Source: Lonsdalea britannica
GTDB taxonomy: Bacteria; Pseudomonadota; Gammaproteobacteria; Enterobacterales; Enterobacteriaceae
NCBI RefSeq assembly: GCF_002111595.1
Contig: NZ_LUTN01000024.1
Location: forward strand, 721 to 32,720
Direction: 5' to 3'
DNA: 32,000 bases
A model generated the notes under the pieces. The model saw only the letters and a list, made by a program, of their open reading frames with translations, was not told the DNA's origin and made no database searches. Position 1 is the stretch's first letter, and each line of letters opens with the position of its first letter. Below, piece after piece: positions 1 through 9,083 of this stretch. The translations under genes were made by a program, and so were the position numbers.

Positions 1-161
1 AGCACCAGATCAATTTCACAATCTGGCTGCATCAGCAGATTTCTGGCCTGCTGCAACGTGGAGACAGTAGCGTAACAGTTGAATCCGGAAACCTGATTCA
101 GGTAACACTTATTCAACTCAGCCACCATGGCATCGTCGTCAACGATCAGTACATTAATCAT
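1..161 (-). CDS. dcuR: DcuR/CitB-family response regulator, N-terminal receiver domain only (the 3' end of the gene lies beyond the left edge of the window)
   Basis: The reverse strand from the ATG at 161-159 reads MINVLIVDDDAMVAELNKCYLNQVSGFNCYATVSTLQQARNLLMQPDCEIDLVL and stays open to the window edge. The first 17 residues match my recollection of the E. coli DcuR N-terminus. The ATG overlaps the kinase stop by 8 nt (ATGATTAA), which is typical two-component translational coupling. Confidence 0.85.
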   Translation of the reverse strand, partial: MINVLIVDDDAMVAELNKCYLNQVSGFNCYATVSTLQQARNLLMQPDCEIDLV

Positions 162-1766
162 GGTCAATCTGCCTTGCTTTATAAGGAATATTCACGAAAA
201 ACTGCGTATACACCTCGGGTTCAGAATCGAGATCGATGGTGCCGCCAATTTTTTCCAGACTTTGTTTAGTCAAATACAAGCCAATGCCGCGTCCACTGCC
301 TTTGGTCGAGAATCCTTCCTGGTAAATCTTTTGCTGAATATCTAACGGTATACCAGGGCCATCATCACTGACCATACAGTGCAGATGGCCTTTTTTATGA
401 TGGAACGTCACGCGAATCTCGCGGTTTTCAAGGCCTGTCATCGCGTCTAATGCATTCTCGATCAGGTTCCCCAGAACCGTAATCAGTTCATTTGTCGCTT
501 CCACATCATCGGTATCCGGCAGCAGACTGTCTTCGCTAATCGACAGATTGATACCTAAATCCCGCGCCCGGTTAATCTTGCCGAGCAAAAATCCGGCGAT
601 CACGGGGGATTTTATCTTACGGATAATAGCGCCAATTTCCGCCTGATAATGGTTCGCCGTTTTGAGAATGTACTCTTCCAACTGCGGGTAGTATTTCAAA
701 TGCAGCATACCCAGAATAACGTGCAGTTTGTTCATGAACTCATGAGACTGCGCGCGCAGGCGTCGGCGTAATACGACATTCCGGTCAAGCGCTGCACCAA
801 CTGACTGATCTCGGTTTTATCCCGCAGCGTGGCGATAGCGCCTATCGTTTCGCCATTCACCACAACCGGCACCGTATTGGTCAGTAGCTGATTGCCGTTA
901 AAATTGATCTCTTCGTCTCGCTGTGGCTTGCCGGATTTGACGGCTTTTTCGAGACTCATCAGCGCTGGCCAGCGGCTGATCGTACTGCCGATAGTGAGCT
1001 CATTGCTGGCAGAGTGCTGGCTGAACAAACGCTGGGCTTCATCGTTCACGATCGTCACGCGTAAATCAGTATCGACCGCGATGACCCCTTCCTTAATCTG
1101 CTTAAGCATGGCGTTACGCTGCTCAAACAAATTCGAAATTTCAAAGGGTTCGAAACCAAGCATGATTCGTTTGAGGGCTTTGACCAGAAAATAGGTGCCC
1201 AACAATCCTACCAGCGCTCCAAAAAGAATAGTCCACGGAATAATCCAGCGGTTTTCATTAATCAGCGACTGCACGCTGGTCAACGAGATCCCCACGGCGA
1301 CAACGCCCAACTGTTTGCCGCCGTGATCGAAGACCGGGACAAAGACTCGCAGAGCGGGTTCCAGCACTCCACGGTTCACCGCCGAGTTCTCAAGACCCAT
1401 CAGCGCCGGATAGAGGTCGTTACCGATAAAGTGGCGGCCAATCTGATCGGACTCTGGATGCGAATGGCGAATCCCTTTCATGTCGGTCACGATGACAAAC
1501 AGCAAGTGGTTGCGCCATTTCACTTCTTCCGAAAAGCGCTGTACTTCTTCCGGGTTGCCGAGATTGCTCAACTCGTGGATGACCACGGGAGCATAAGCGA
1601 CGGTGCGAGCGATGGCGAAGGCCTTCTCTCTGAGGTGGTTTTCCGTCAGCTCACTGATACGGAAAAACAGCAGGGCATACACTACCAGCAGTACGGAACC
1701 AATCACCGCCGACACCATAAGGATGATGGACGTACTCAGCTTCAGCGGAGTCTTCTTCTTACTCAT
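154..1766 (-). pseudogene. dcuS: DcuS/CitA-family sensor histidine kinase, split by a 1-nt deletion near 758-761 (or an assembly indel)
   Basis: ORFs 732..1796 and 154..735 are colinear with E. coli DcuS (TM, periplasmic PAS, TM, PAS, then DHp and ATPase domains). Frame 1 ends ...QRLTGMSYYADACARSLMSS*. The adjacent frame reads LRAQSHEFMNKLHVILGMLHLK, which is the H-box. One extra C in the C-run at 759-761 restores YADALRAQSHEF. The likely start is the ATG at 1766 (MSKKKTPLKLSTSII), with GGAG 6 nt upstream. Confidence 0.85.
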
Positions 1767-1897
1767 GGCGCGCTCCGAAAGAATGTCGTAACCCATTATC
1801 TTATACCGTTTAAGCTGATTTCGCGCAGTTCATATAACATACCGCCGCCATAAAGCGGCGGCGGTAGTTTATTTCACTAGCGGATGCTTGTTGCCTG

Positions 1898-3325
1898 TTA
1901 CCACAGGCCCAGCACTTTCCACCAGAAGCTACCGACAATCAGCCAAATGGGGATAACGACCAGCCCAGTCAGGAAACCGATTTTCCACCAGGTAGACAGC
2001 GACATGTAGCCACAGCCGAACAAGATGGGCGCCGGACCGCCGGAGTAGTGCGTCGTCGACATGAACAGGTTACTGAAGGCGGCAAAAGCCAGAACCGTCA
2101 GCATGGGAGGAGCGCCTGCGGCAATAGCGATGGAAACAAAAATCGCATACATGGCGCTGATATGCGCGACTGCGCTCGCCATCAGGTAATGGCTGTAGTA
2201 GTAGACCAACAGCAGCAGACCCAACATAGGCAGCCAATGCATACCTTTGACGGAATCGCCCGCCATGTTGCCCAGCCAGCCGATCAGGCCCAATTTATTC
2301 AACTGCGTCGCCAGCATGATCAGCACCGCGAACCATACCACGGTGTGCCAGGCTTCTTTCTCGCTGACCACGTCGTCCCACGTTAAAGCGCGAGTCAACA
2401 GCAGCACGCTCAAGCCCGCCAGCGCAGTCAGAGTCGCGTCGATATGCAGCGTAGAGCCCAGAACCCAGAAGGTGACCAGCCCCAGGAACACGCCCAGCAC
2501 GACCCACTCATCACGGCTCATTGACCCCATTTCACGCAGTTTTTCGACTGCCATGGCGCGCATTTCGCTCGTTTTTTTCAGCTCGGGGGGATAGAAACGG
2601 TACATCACCAGCGGGATGACAATCAGGGAAACAATCCCCGGCAGCAATGTCGCCATCGCCCACTGCGTCCAGCTAATGTGCACACCGAATTGTCCGGCCA
2701 GTTTGCTGATCATCGGGTTACCGGCCATTGACGTCATAAACATCGCGGACGTTACAGAGTTACACTGGAAGATGGTTTGCACCAGAAACGCGCCGATACG
2801 TTTTTGCGTTCCCTGAGCCGGCGTCGAGCCGTAAGCCTCAGCGATAGAACGGAACAGCGGGGTGATGATACCGCCGCAGCGCGCTGAGGTGGACGGCATC
2901 GCCGGCGCAAACAGCAGGTCGGTGAAGACCAGGCCGTAGGCCAGACCCAAACTGCTGTTGCCTAGCTTGCTGATAAACAGCAAACCGATGCGGCGGCCAA
3001 ACCCTGTCTTGATAAAACCGCGCGAGATGAAGAAGGCGCAGGCGATCATCCAGATGGTAGGATCGCTGAAACCAGCCAGTACATCCTTGACGCTCAGCAG
3101 TCCCATGGCGGCAACCGCCGTGATACTGAATATCGCGATGGCTCCCAACGGATAGGGAGAAAGTATCAAACCCACGACGGTCGCAATGAAGATGGCCATC
3201 AAATGCCAGGCTGAGGGGCTAACGCCCTCGGGGACGGGAACAAACCATAATCCGACGGCAATGCCGAGGATGAACAGAAGTTTAACTAACCTGCTATTAT
3301 TCGCAGACATACATACACCACTCAT
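1898..3325 (-). CDS. DASS-family anion transporter, CitT/TtdT-like (citrate or tartrate:succinate antiporter type)
   Basis: This is a 475-aa, strongly hydrophobic ORF. It carries DASS signature stretches (AMPSTSARCGGIITPL and THYSGGPAPILFGCGY) comparable to CitT FTPSNTARTGG and TPYATGPGVIIYGCGY. It lies adjacent to the DcuS/DcuR-type pair. The start is ambiguous between 3325 (MSGVCM) and 3310 (MSANNSRL). Confidence 0.8.
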   Translation of the reverse strand: MSGVCMSANNSRLVKLLFILGIAVGLWFVPVPEGVSPSAWHLMAIFIATVVGLILSPYPLGAIAIFSITAVAAMGLLSVKDVLAGFSDPTIWMIACAFFISRGFIKTGFGRRIGLLFISKLGNSSLGLAYGLVFTDLLFAPAMPSTSARCGGIITPLFRSIAEAYGSTPAQGTQKRIGAFLVQTIFQCNSVTSAMFMTSMAGNPMISKLAGQFGVHISWTQWAMATLLPGIVSLIVIPLVMYRFYPPELKKTSEMRAMAVEKLREMGSMSRDEWVVLGVFLGLVTFWVLGSTLHIDATLTALAGLSVLLLTRALTWDDVVSEKEAWHTVVWFAVLIMLATQLNKLGLIGWLGNMAGDSVKGMHWLPMLGLLLLVYYYSHYLMASAVAHISAMYAIFVSIAIAAGAPPMLTVLAFAAFSNLFMSTTHYSGGPAPILFGCGYMSLSTWWKIGFLTGLVVIPIWLIVGSFWWKVLGLW

Positions 3326-3558
3326 ATTAAAACGAAATCTAGACGTTTTTACCGGGTGTACCCTGTCATGAGTGGGGGGTCGTTATTCTCTTTTATTTCC
3401 CCATTAATAAATACAACGGGTACAACGACAGTAAAAAAAGGCAAGAAAATAATAGCGTTTCAGCGATCCTCTTGCCCTATAAATTCGATGAATGTTCAAC
3501 GGTCCAGATAGTATTATAAATGGCGTAGCCGAACCCCTTACTTTAATTACTAAATGTG

Positions 3559-3588
3559 TTTAATAATTTAATTATGATTTAATAATTT
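3559..3588. repeat. Two exact 11-bp direct repeats, TTTAATAATTT (3559-3569 and 3578-3588), in the AT-rich region upstream of the DASS transporter
   Basis: Read directly from the sequence: gtgTTTAATAATTTaattatgaTTTAATAATTTggg. The function is unknown, and the AT-rich background raises the chance of a coincidental match. Confidence 0.5.
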
Positions 3589-3895
3589 GGGTATTAACAA
3601 ATAAAAACAGTCAGTTCACGACCAGCAAAACTCTCACAACAATAGAACATAAAATTAACGTAATAAGTGATATTTATCTATCTGGCAATTAAACACTTCA
3701 TAGCCTGTAATATTGATTATACGTTAATTTAATATCTCTGCGTTGATACGCAGAAATAATACCCAATAGTAGAGAGTCCGTTAGAGAAAATATGCATTAC
3801 GACACAGATAAAATCAGACATCTTTGCGCAAAAAACCTCACGGCTTACCATCACCGCCCCATTTTTCTCAATCGTCCCCCTGCAAACCTACACGC

Positions 3896-3931
3896 AAAAA
3901 AAAACCGCCCACGGCGGCGAGCAATGGGCGG
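3896..3931 (-). terminator. Rho-independent terminator of ibpAB
   Basis: The minus strand reads CCGCCCATTGCTCGCCGCCGTGGGCGG followed by a run of 9 T. It lies about 25 nt downstream of the ibpB stop. Confidence 0.85.
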
Positions 3932-3956
3932 TCATCTACGATTCCAGACGCGGAGG

Positions 3957-4412
3957 TTAAGCGTCAATCACCTCTTCTGAGGGTTTGTTCAGCGGTTCGT
4001 TGCGCGACGTGCCGATGGAGATACGCTGCGGCTGCAGCTCTTTAGGAACTTCGCGGACAAGGTCGATATGCAACAACCCGTGTTCGAACTTCGCCTCCGC
4101 CACGCGAATATGTTCGGCCAGCGTGAAGCTCAGAGTAAAGGGTTTAAACACCAGCCCCTGATGGACATACTTCACGGATTTGTCCGCCGGGACCGGCGAA
4201 CCTTTGATCGTCAAACGCGGCCCTTCGATTTCTATATCCAGATCCTGCTGCCGGAAGCCAGCCAGAGCCAACGTGATACGGTAGCGATCATCGTCCTGTT
4301 TTTCGATGTTGTAAGGGGGAAACTCAGCCGTTTCCTGACTGCCCATAGAGCTAGCCAATTTATCGAAGCCAATCCACTGACGCAGCAGCGGGGATAAATC
4401 ATAGTTACGCAT
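3957..4412 (-). CDS. ibpB: Small heat-shock protein IbpB (alpha-crystallin family)
   Basis: The second ATG (4412) gives [20 protein letters not shown]...[22 protein letters not shown], matching the E. coli IbpB N-terminus [20 protein letters not shown]. An AAGGAG SD lies 8 nt upstream of that ATG. Confidence 0.95.
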   Translation of the reverse strand: MRNYDLSPLLRQWIGFDKLASSMGSQETAEFPPYNIEKQDDDRYRITLALAGFRQQDLDIEIEGPRLTIKGSPVPADKSVKYVHQGLVFKPFTLSFTLAEHIRVAEAKFEHGLLHIDLVREVPKELQPQRISIGTSRNEPLNKPSEEVIDA

Positions 4413-4552
4413 AGTCATAACTCCTTCTTTGAAGCGAGAAATTTATCCGGAGTGTCACACATTCCGGGCGCGCCCCCTGTCGGCAGGCGCGGCATGTCAG
4501 GGCGAGACGTGGGTTATCTCTCGCCAGTGCTGACATCGGTTCGTCGGGTTTC

Positions 4553-4972
4553 TTACTTAATTTCGATACGACGCGGTTTCAACGTCTCAGGGATCACTCG
4601 TTCCAGATCGATGTACAACAGCCCGTTTTCCAGGTGAGCGCCTTTAATTTGAATGTGCTCAGCCAGCTGGAATTTGCGCTCAAAATTACGTTCGGCGATC
4701 CCCTGATAGAGGTAATTGCGAGGCGCCGGTGCAGCCTCTCCGCCGTGTGCGCCTTTAACGATCAGCATGTTGTCATGCGCGGTGATATCCAGTTCGTCTT
4801 CAGCGAAACCGGCAACGGCAATAGCGATTCGGTACTGATTTTCGTCGACAAGCTCGACGTTGTAAGGGGGATAACCGCCGTTACCCTGGCTTTGGCCAGC
4901 TTCCAGCAGGTTTAACAGACGATCGAAGCCGATAGCGGAACGATACAGGGGAGAAAAATCGGGGTTACGCAT
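4553..4972 (-). CDS. ibpA: Small heat-shock protein IbpA
   Basis: The 139-aa ORF reads [19 protein letters not shown]...[25 protein letters not shown]...[17 protein letters not shown]. It is near-identical over long stretches to E. coli IbpA. AGGAGG lies 5 nt upstream of the ATG. Confidence 0.97.
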   Translation of the reverse strand: MRNPDFSPLYRSAIGFDRLLNLLEAGQSQGNGGYPPYNVELVDENQYRIAIAVAGFAEDELDITAHDNMLIVKGAHGGEAAPAPRNYLYQGIAERNFERKFQLAEHIQIKGAHLENGLLYIDLERVIPETLKPRRIEIK

Positions 4973-5076
4973 TATAGCCTCCTAAGCTTCAGCGAGGTGC
5001 TCACGACGGCCTTCCATCAGGACAGGCCCCTTGCCGGAAAGAAATACCCTGTCGGCATACTTCTTTCTGCGGCTCT
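4973..5076 (-). promoter_or_regulatory. ibpA 5' leader with a ROSE-like RNA thermometer hairpin sequestering the SD
   Basis: The minus-strand leader ends ...AGCACCUCGCUGAAGCUUAGGAGGCUAUA-AUG. CCUC can pair with GAGG of the SD, and the UCGCU element fits the ROSE U(U/C)GCU motif. Two further upstream hairpins are present (GCCG..CGGC and GGCCU..AGGCC). The TSS position is inferred from the sigma32 -10 element. Confidence 0.5.
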
Positions 5077-5083
5077 GTAATCG

Positions 5084-5111
5084 ATATGGCGGCCACTCGC
5101 TTTTTTTCAAG
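5084..5111 (-). promoter_or_regulatory. sigma32 (RpoH) heat-shock promoter of ibpAB
   Basis: The minus strand reads CTTGAAA (5111-5105), a 13-bp spacer, then CGCCATAT (5091-5084). The consensus is CTTGAAA, 13-15 bp, CCCCATNT. It sits about 100 nt upstream of the ibpA ATG, as in E. coli. Confidence 0.75.
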
Positions 5112-5320
5112 AGGGTCGAAAAATTTTTTGCGGGGAAGCGTGGAAATTAACCAAAGTGGATCTCACGCATGACACAGTTATCGCTTACACTGAACAAAGC
5201 ACATTTTGCCTAAATCATTATTATCATCGGCACACTTCGACAACAGCACAAACGCGACAACGATTTGTGGGTATGCAGGCTCAAGAGAATTTGCGGAGCG
5301 GTTTCCCTGTGGATAACGTT

Positions 5321-5680
5321 ATGACCATATTGAAAAGTGTCTTATCTGCTTTTGTTCTGGCCGCTGGCATCATCATCGCATTAAGCGGATGCTCCAGCGT
5401 GATGACCCGAACAGGAGGCGACCAAGGCTATTATTCGGGTACCCGAGCGGGTATCAACATGCTGGAAGACGACCACACCAGTTGGGCGATGATGCCCTTG
5501 GTCGCGATTGATATCCCCTTCTCTGCCGCGCTAGACACGTTGTTGCTGCCCTACGACTATTATCATTCTAATGATAAACCCGAGAAATCCTTGCACGACA
5601 GAGTCAGCGACAGCGATACACACGCGCCTTTCAGCTCGACTCCCGCCACGCCCGCGATAGCCAGCCAATCCCAACACTGA
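5321..5680 (+). CDS. yidQ: YceK/YidQ-family (DUF1375) outer-membrane lipoprotein
   Basis: From the ATG at 5321 the protein reads MTILKSVLSAFVLAAGIIIALSGCSS. This is a signal peptide with the lipobox LSGC, followed by the family pattern YSGTR....D.PFS...DT.LLP. Its position next to ibpA and yidR matches E. coli. The 5' extension from 5156 has no support. Confidence 0.85.
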   Translation: MTILKSVLSAFVLAAGIIIALSGCSSVMTRTGGDQGYYSGTRAGINMLEDDHTSWAMMPLVAIDIPFSAALDTLLLPYDYYHSNDKPEKSLHDRVSDSDTHAPFSSTPATPAIASQSQH

Positions 5681-5689
5681 GTCGCCATC

Positions 5690-5720
5690 GTCGCTGAGAG
5701 GCCTCAGCGACAGCTGTTTT
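5690..5720. terminator. Hairpin between convergent yidQ and yidR
   Basis: GTCGCTGAG-aggc-CTCAGCGAC forms a 9-bp stem (5690-5711), followed 4 nt later by TGTTTT on the + strand. Confidence 0.5.
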
Positions 5721-5732
5721 GGGCAGCTATGA

Positions 5733-7034
5733 TCACCTTTCTGTGACATCTTCAAGTTGAACGCTAACCCTGAAAATCTGATTTACGCCATCTATCTCCC
5801 GCAGATAAGCAATGTCCTTGCCGCTGGGAGAAAAAACAACGGCATCCCCTGACGGCGCCACCGCACTACGCCGCGTCTGGCGGAATAAACGCCCCGTCGA
5901 AACATCACACACCATGATGCTGTTATCACAGACAAAAGTGAGGTATTCCCCATTGGGATGCCAGGTAAAGGCGGATTGTATTGAGTCAGGCCCACAGGTG
6001 ATCTGACGCGGGGCGCCGCCGTTCGGCGATACCGTCCACAGCTGAACGATACCGTTATCGTCCTGCATCAAAAACGCAATTTGGCTGCCATCCGGCGAAA
6101 TTCTTAACCAATGACGCGGCTGATTCACCACGCCGGGGTAACGTCTGTCGGCGCTGAATGTCAGACGTCGCTGGCGGACGCCCATCGGGGGAGACGGCAG
6201 CGTGTCGGCGGTCCCGGCAAGCGGTTCAGAATCGGGTTGCGCATAGGCTTCCAGCGCTTCCGGCAGATCAACGATGAATACTTCCGGTACTCGTTGCCCC
6301 GTCGCCGAGACGGTATCGCCGATAAATGCCAATGCCCATCGCTGGCGGCTGCCGTCCGGCCGGAGATATCCTTTCTCGCCGATCCAGCCCTCCTCATAGG
6401 CGCGGTTAATCTCATCGCTGCCCGGGCGAGGGTAAGGCGTAGTGCGGCTGACAAGAACACAGTAATGACTGCCGCCATATTCTCTCGGATGACGTTTCGG
6501 CACGATCACGGGTCGCAACGGTACGCCCACACCGACGTTGCGCAGATCGAGAGCGGGATCCCGCTCATGCAGTACGTGGTCGTTGTAGGTAAAGCTCAAA
6601 CGCGTTCCATCAGGGCTGAAAATGTGGACATGCGTCCCGCCGCGCAGCGCGCCGGAGACGTAGGGAGAAGTGATTGATAACGCATCCAGCGTGACCGCCT
6701 GACAACGTTCATCATCAGCGACGATAACGCCGCGACGATGATGGAAATCATAGTGCCAGTCGTCATCCGGATGTTCCGGACCGTGGATAAAGACATAGCG
6801 TTGAGGCAGCGCGGGACTGCCGGTGATCACGCCAACACATGCGCCTTCTCTGGCCTCATAGACGACGTCAGTCTGCCGGGTATAAATGTTCACCCGCTCT
6901 ACCCGCCGACCGGTGAATGAAGAGCCCGTGGGTCTGACGTCGTACAGCACCCATTGACCGTCACATGTCCAAATATTGACGTTGGTCAGCTGATGGGAAA
7001 TGGAGCCCGACGTTAATTGAAATTCTTCATTCAT
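5733..7034 (-). CDS. yidR: YidR-like DUF3748 protein with a TolB/WD40-like beta-propeller C-terminus
   Basis: This is a long ORF. The ATG at 7034 (MNEEFQLTSGSISHQLTNVNIWT) is preferred over the TTG at 7049. The C-terminal segment reads ISPDGSQIAFL...WHPNGEYLTF...FSPSGKDIAYL, which are propeller repeats. Its position beside yidQ matches E. coli yidR. Confidence 0.85.
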   Translation of the reverse strand: MNEEFQLTSGSISHQLTNVNIWTCDGQWVLYDVRPTGSSFTGRRVERVNIYTRQTDVVYEAREGACVGVITGSPALPQRYVFIHGPEHPDDDWHYDFHHRRGVIVADDERCQAVTLDALSITSPYVSGALRGGTHVHIFSPDGTRLSFTYNDHVLHERDPALDLRNVGVGVPLRPVIVPKRHPREYGGSHYCVLVSRTTPYPRPGSDEINRAYEEGWIGEKGYLRPDGSRQRWALAFIGDTVSATGQRVPEVFIVDLPEALEAYAQPDSEPLAGTADTLPSPPMGVRQRRLTFSADRRYPGVVNQPRHWLRISPDGSQIAFLMQDDNGIVQLWTVSPNGGAPRQITCGPDSIQSAFTWHPNGEYLTFVCDNSIMVCDVSTGRLFRQTRRSAVAPSGDAVVFSPSGKDIAYLREIDGVNQIFRVSVQLEDVTER

Positions 7035-7271
7035 TATAAAAATCCACAAGGTGTATCGATTATTAACCTATAATAAAAATCTATGCGGAAAATAAAAAAT
7101 TAAATAGATAAAACAACTTGTTATTTACACTACCTGACTTTTTTCTCGTTAAAACAGGAGGAATATAGTCGCAACTGATTACAGTTTATCTGTCGTACCA
7201 GCAAGGCGGGCGTTTTTGGTGAAGGAAGGCACGCCATTTCTTTTCGTTATCGATATAGAAGGTATAAGACT

Positions 7272-7529
7272 ATGAAAAACGTTAAAATTATCGTTGCAGC
7301 CGCTGTACTTTCCACCCTTTCGTTTGGCTCGTATGCGGCCAAATACATCAGCGTGGAACAGGCACAAAATATGGAAAAAATCGGCGAAGCCTCTGATACC
7401 GGCAGAGACTTAAGTACCCTTCAGCACAAATTCTCAGTCAAAGCCGATGAAGCCGGCGCTACGTCTTACACCATCACCAAAACCACCGGTGATCAGGTAC
7501 TGCACGGCACGGCAAACTTCTACAAATAG
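7272..7529 (+). CDS. DUF1471 (YdgH/BhsA/McbA family) small secreted stress protein
   Basis: The 85-aa ORF reads MKNVKIIVAAAVLSTLSFGSYAA (signal peptide) ... and ends LHGTANFYK. It closely parallels E. coli BhsA (MKNVKTLIAAAILSSMSFASFAA...LHGTAVIYK). Confidence 0.85.
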   Translation: MKNVKIIVAAAVLSTLSFGSYAAKYISVEQAQNMEKIGEASDTGRDLSTLQHKFSVKADEAGATSYTITKTTGDQVLHGTANFYK

Positions 7530-7548
7530 TCCTGGCGCTGGCCTTATC

Positions 7549-7581
7549 CCGGTATATCCGTCTCAGCCGGATATACCGGGG
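7549..7581. terminator. 13-bp perfect hairpin between the convergent DUF1471 gene and yidA
   Basis: CCCGGTATATCCG-tctcagc-CGGATATACCGGG. There is no clear U-tract on either strand, so the terminator role is tentative. Confidence 0.45.
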
Positions 7582-7607
7582 AAGTGAATACGATATGCCG
7601 TCTCGTA

Positions 7608-8423
7608 TTATCCCTTTAAGACAAACTTCTCAATGGCATAAGCCACGCCATCTTCCTGATTGGTTTTGGTGACGAACTGGCTGGCCGCTTTCACCTTCTC
7701 GATCGCGTTCCCCATTGCCACGCCAAGTCCTGCGTAGTCCAACATCGCCAAATCATTTTCCTGGTCGCCCAGCGCCATGACTTCATCGCGTTCAAGATTC
7801 AGGTGTTCCGCCAACATCTTGACGCCCTTGCCCTTGTTCACGCGCTTATCCAGAATTTCCAGATAGAAATCAGCACTTTTCATAATGGTATAGCGTTCGA
7901 AAACGTCGGCCGGAATCTTTTTTATGACCTCATCCAACAGCGCCGGTTCGTCTATCATCATCAGTTTGGGGAAACGCAACTTACGATCCATCTCTTCCAC
8001 GGACCGGTACCGTAACGGCATTTTAGTGAGAAAAGACTCATGCACCGTATAAGCGCTGATGTTCTTATTGGCGGTGTAGACAAAGTTAAAATCTAACGCG
8101 TGGAAATGAACGCCCAGATCCCGCGCCAGCTGTTCAAAATAGAGATAGTCATCGAAATTCAGCGTCGTCTCAGCAACGCACTCGGCACTCGCGGCTTTCT
8201 GAACCAGCGCACCGTTGTTGGTGATGCAGAAGTGATCGTCCTGATATAAATCCAACTCTTCCAGATAGCGCTTCACGCCAATATAAGGCCTTCCGGTCGC
8301 GAGAACGACGTGTACCCCTTTATCCCGCGCGGCGGCAATCGCCTCTTTTACCGCCGGAGATACGACGTTTTGTGGATTAAGCAACGTGCCGTCCATATCG
8401 ATCGCAATAAGTTTGATTGTCAT
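7608..8423 (-). CDS. yidA: Sugar-phosphate phosphatase YidA (HAD superfamily, Cof-type IIB)
   Basis: The 271-aa ORF reads MTIKLIAIDMDGTLL...VVLATGRPY...FHALD...YTVHESF...MMIDEPA...FLEILDKRVNKGKGVK...GDQENDLAML...GVAMGNA...EDGVAYAIEKFVL. It is colinear with E. coli YidA. Confidence 0.95.
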   Translation of the reverse strand: MTIKLIAIDMDGTLLNPQNVVSPAVKEAIAAARDKGVHVVLATGRPYIGVKRYLEELDLYQDDHFCITNNGALVQKAASAECVAETTLNFDDYLYFEQLARDLGVHFHALDFNFVYTANKNISAYTVHESFLTKMPLRYRSVEEMDRKLRFPKLMMIDEPALLDEVIKKIPADVFERYTIMKSADFYLEILDKRVNKGKGVKMLAEHLNLERDEVMALGDQENDLAMLDYAGLGVAMGNAIEKVKAASQFVTKTNQEDGVAYAIEKFVLKG

Positions 8424-9051
8424 AATTCGTACCGGTGTCGGAATAATAAATCGTATGCTAACGCGCCTTTATGCAGCGATGCCAGTGAATATAGAACAAG
8501 GACAGGGTTTCCTGGGACAGGTGCAAAATCACGCTGAGTTGCCATTTAAAAGTGTGACATTGATCATATTATGCCGCGGCGAGAACGGAAATAACCCCGC
8601 TCAGTCGACATAACCGCGAATTAAAATAACGGGACGCTTTCTTCGCTTTTTAATTTTCTGAGTCCGCGTATGCACACGCTTTTATGGTGAAGATATCCCG
8701 GGAATAAACTACGAATGTCACGGAATATCTCTCACGAATTTTCTTGGCACCGCTGAAGTCGTTCAAGGGTATTTTTAGCAAATTGAAATAAGACGCGAAT
8801 TTCATCGGCTATCCGCAAATAAAACCGGGAAAAGCATCCAATCGGTGTCCAAGAGAACCCGTCGCCGTGCTCTGCCAGTCGAGCAATGGTGGGGAAGTGA
8901 ATGATAAAACGGTGCCCCCAAAGCAGGGAGTCTCACGCAACGTCGGGTCAGACGCCGACAAAAAAGGGAATAGCAGAAAATAAAGCCACCGGAGAGAAAA
9001 CACCGCCTTTGGCAGGAACCTCCCGCGGCGCGTCACCATAGCCGTTCAACA

Positions 9052-9083
9052 CACCCGCCACTCTAATCCTGAAGCAGCGGGTG
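9052..9083 (-). terminator. Possible uspA terminator hairpin
   Basis: CACCCGC...GCGGGTG forms a 7-bp stem with an 18-nt loop, immediately downstream of the uspA stop. The U-tract is weak (TGTGTTG). Confidence 0.3.

Noticed and set aside
3792-4045. Two 62-73-aa + strand ORFs spanning the ibpB terminator and the ibpB 3' end
   Set aside because: They overlap the terminator and are antisense to ibpB. They are Pro/Arg-rich and have no SD.
5156-5320. 55-codon 5' extension of yidQ in the ORF track; similar extensions occur for xanP (24811-24984), gmk (18942-19001), recG (22740-22772) and rpoZ (19667-19681)
   Set aside because: The orthologue N-termini align with the internal starts. The extensions are hydrophilic junk, overlap upstream genes or promoters, and lack SD sequences.
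7156-7161. Perfect AGGAGG in the yidR / DUF1471-gene intergenic region
   Set aside because: No ATG, GTG or TTG lies within 4-12 nt downstream, and no ORF follows.
8809-9039. 76-aa ORF in the yidA-uspA gap
   Set aside because: It has no SD and an odd composition, and it runs through the structured GC-rich segment. I treated the region as non-coding (see the finding).
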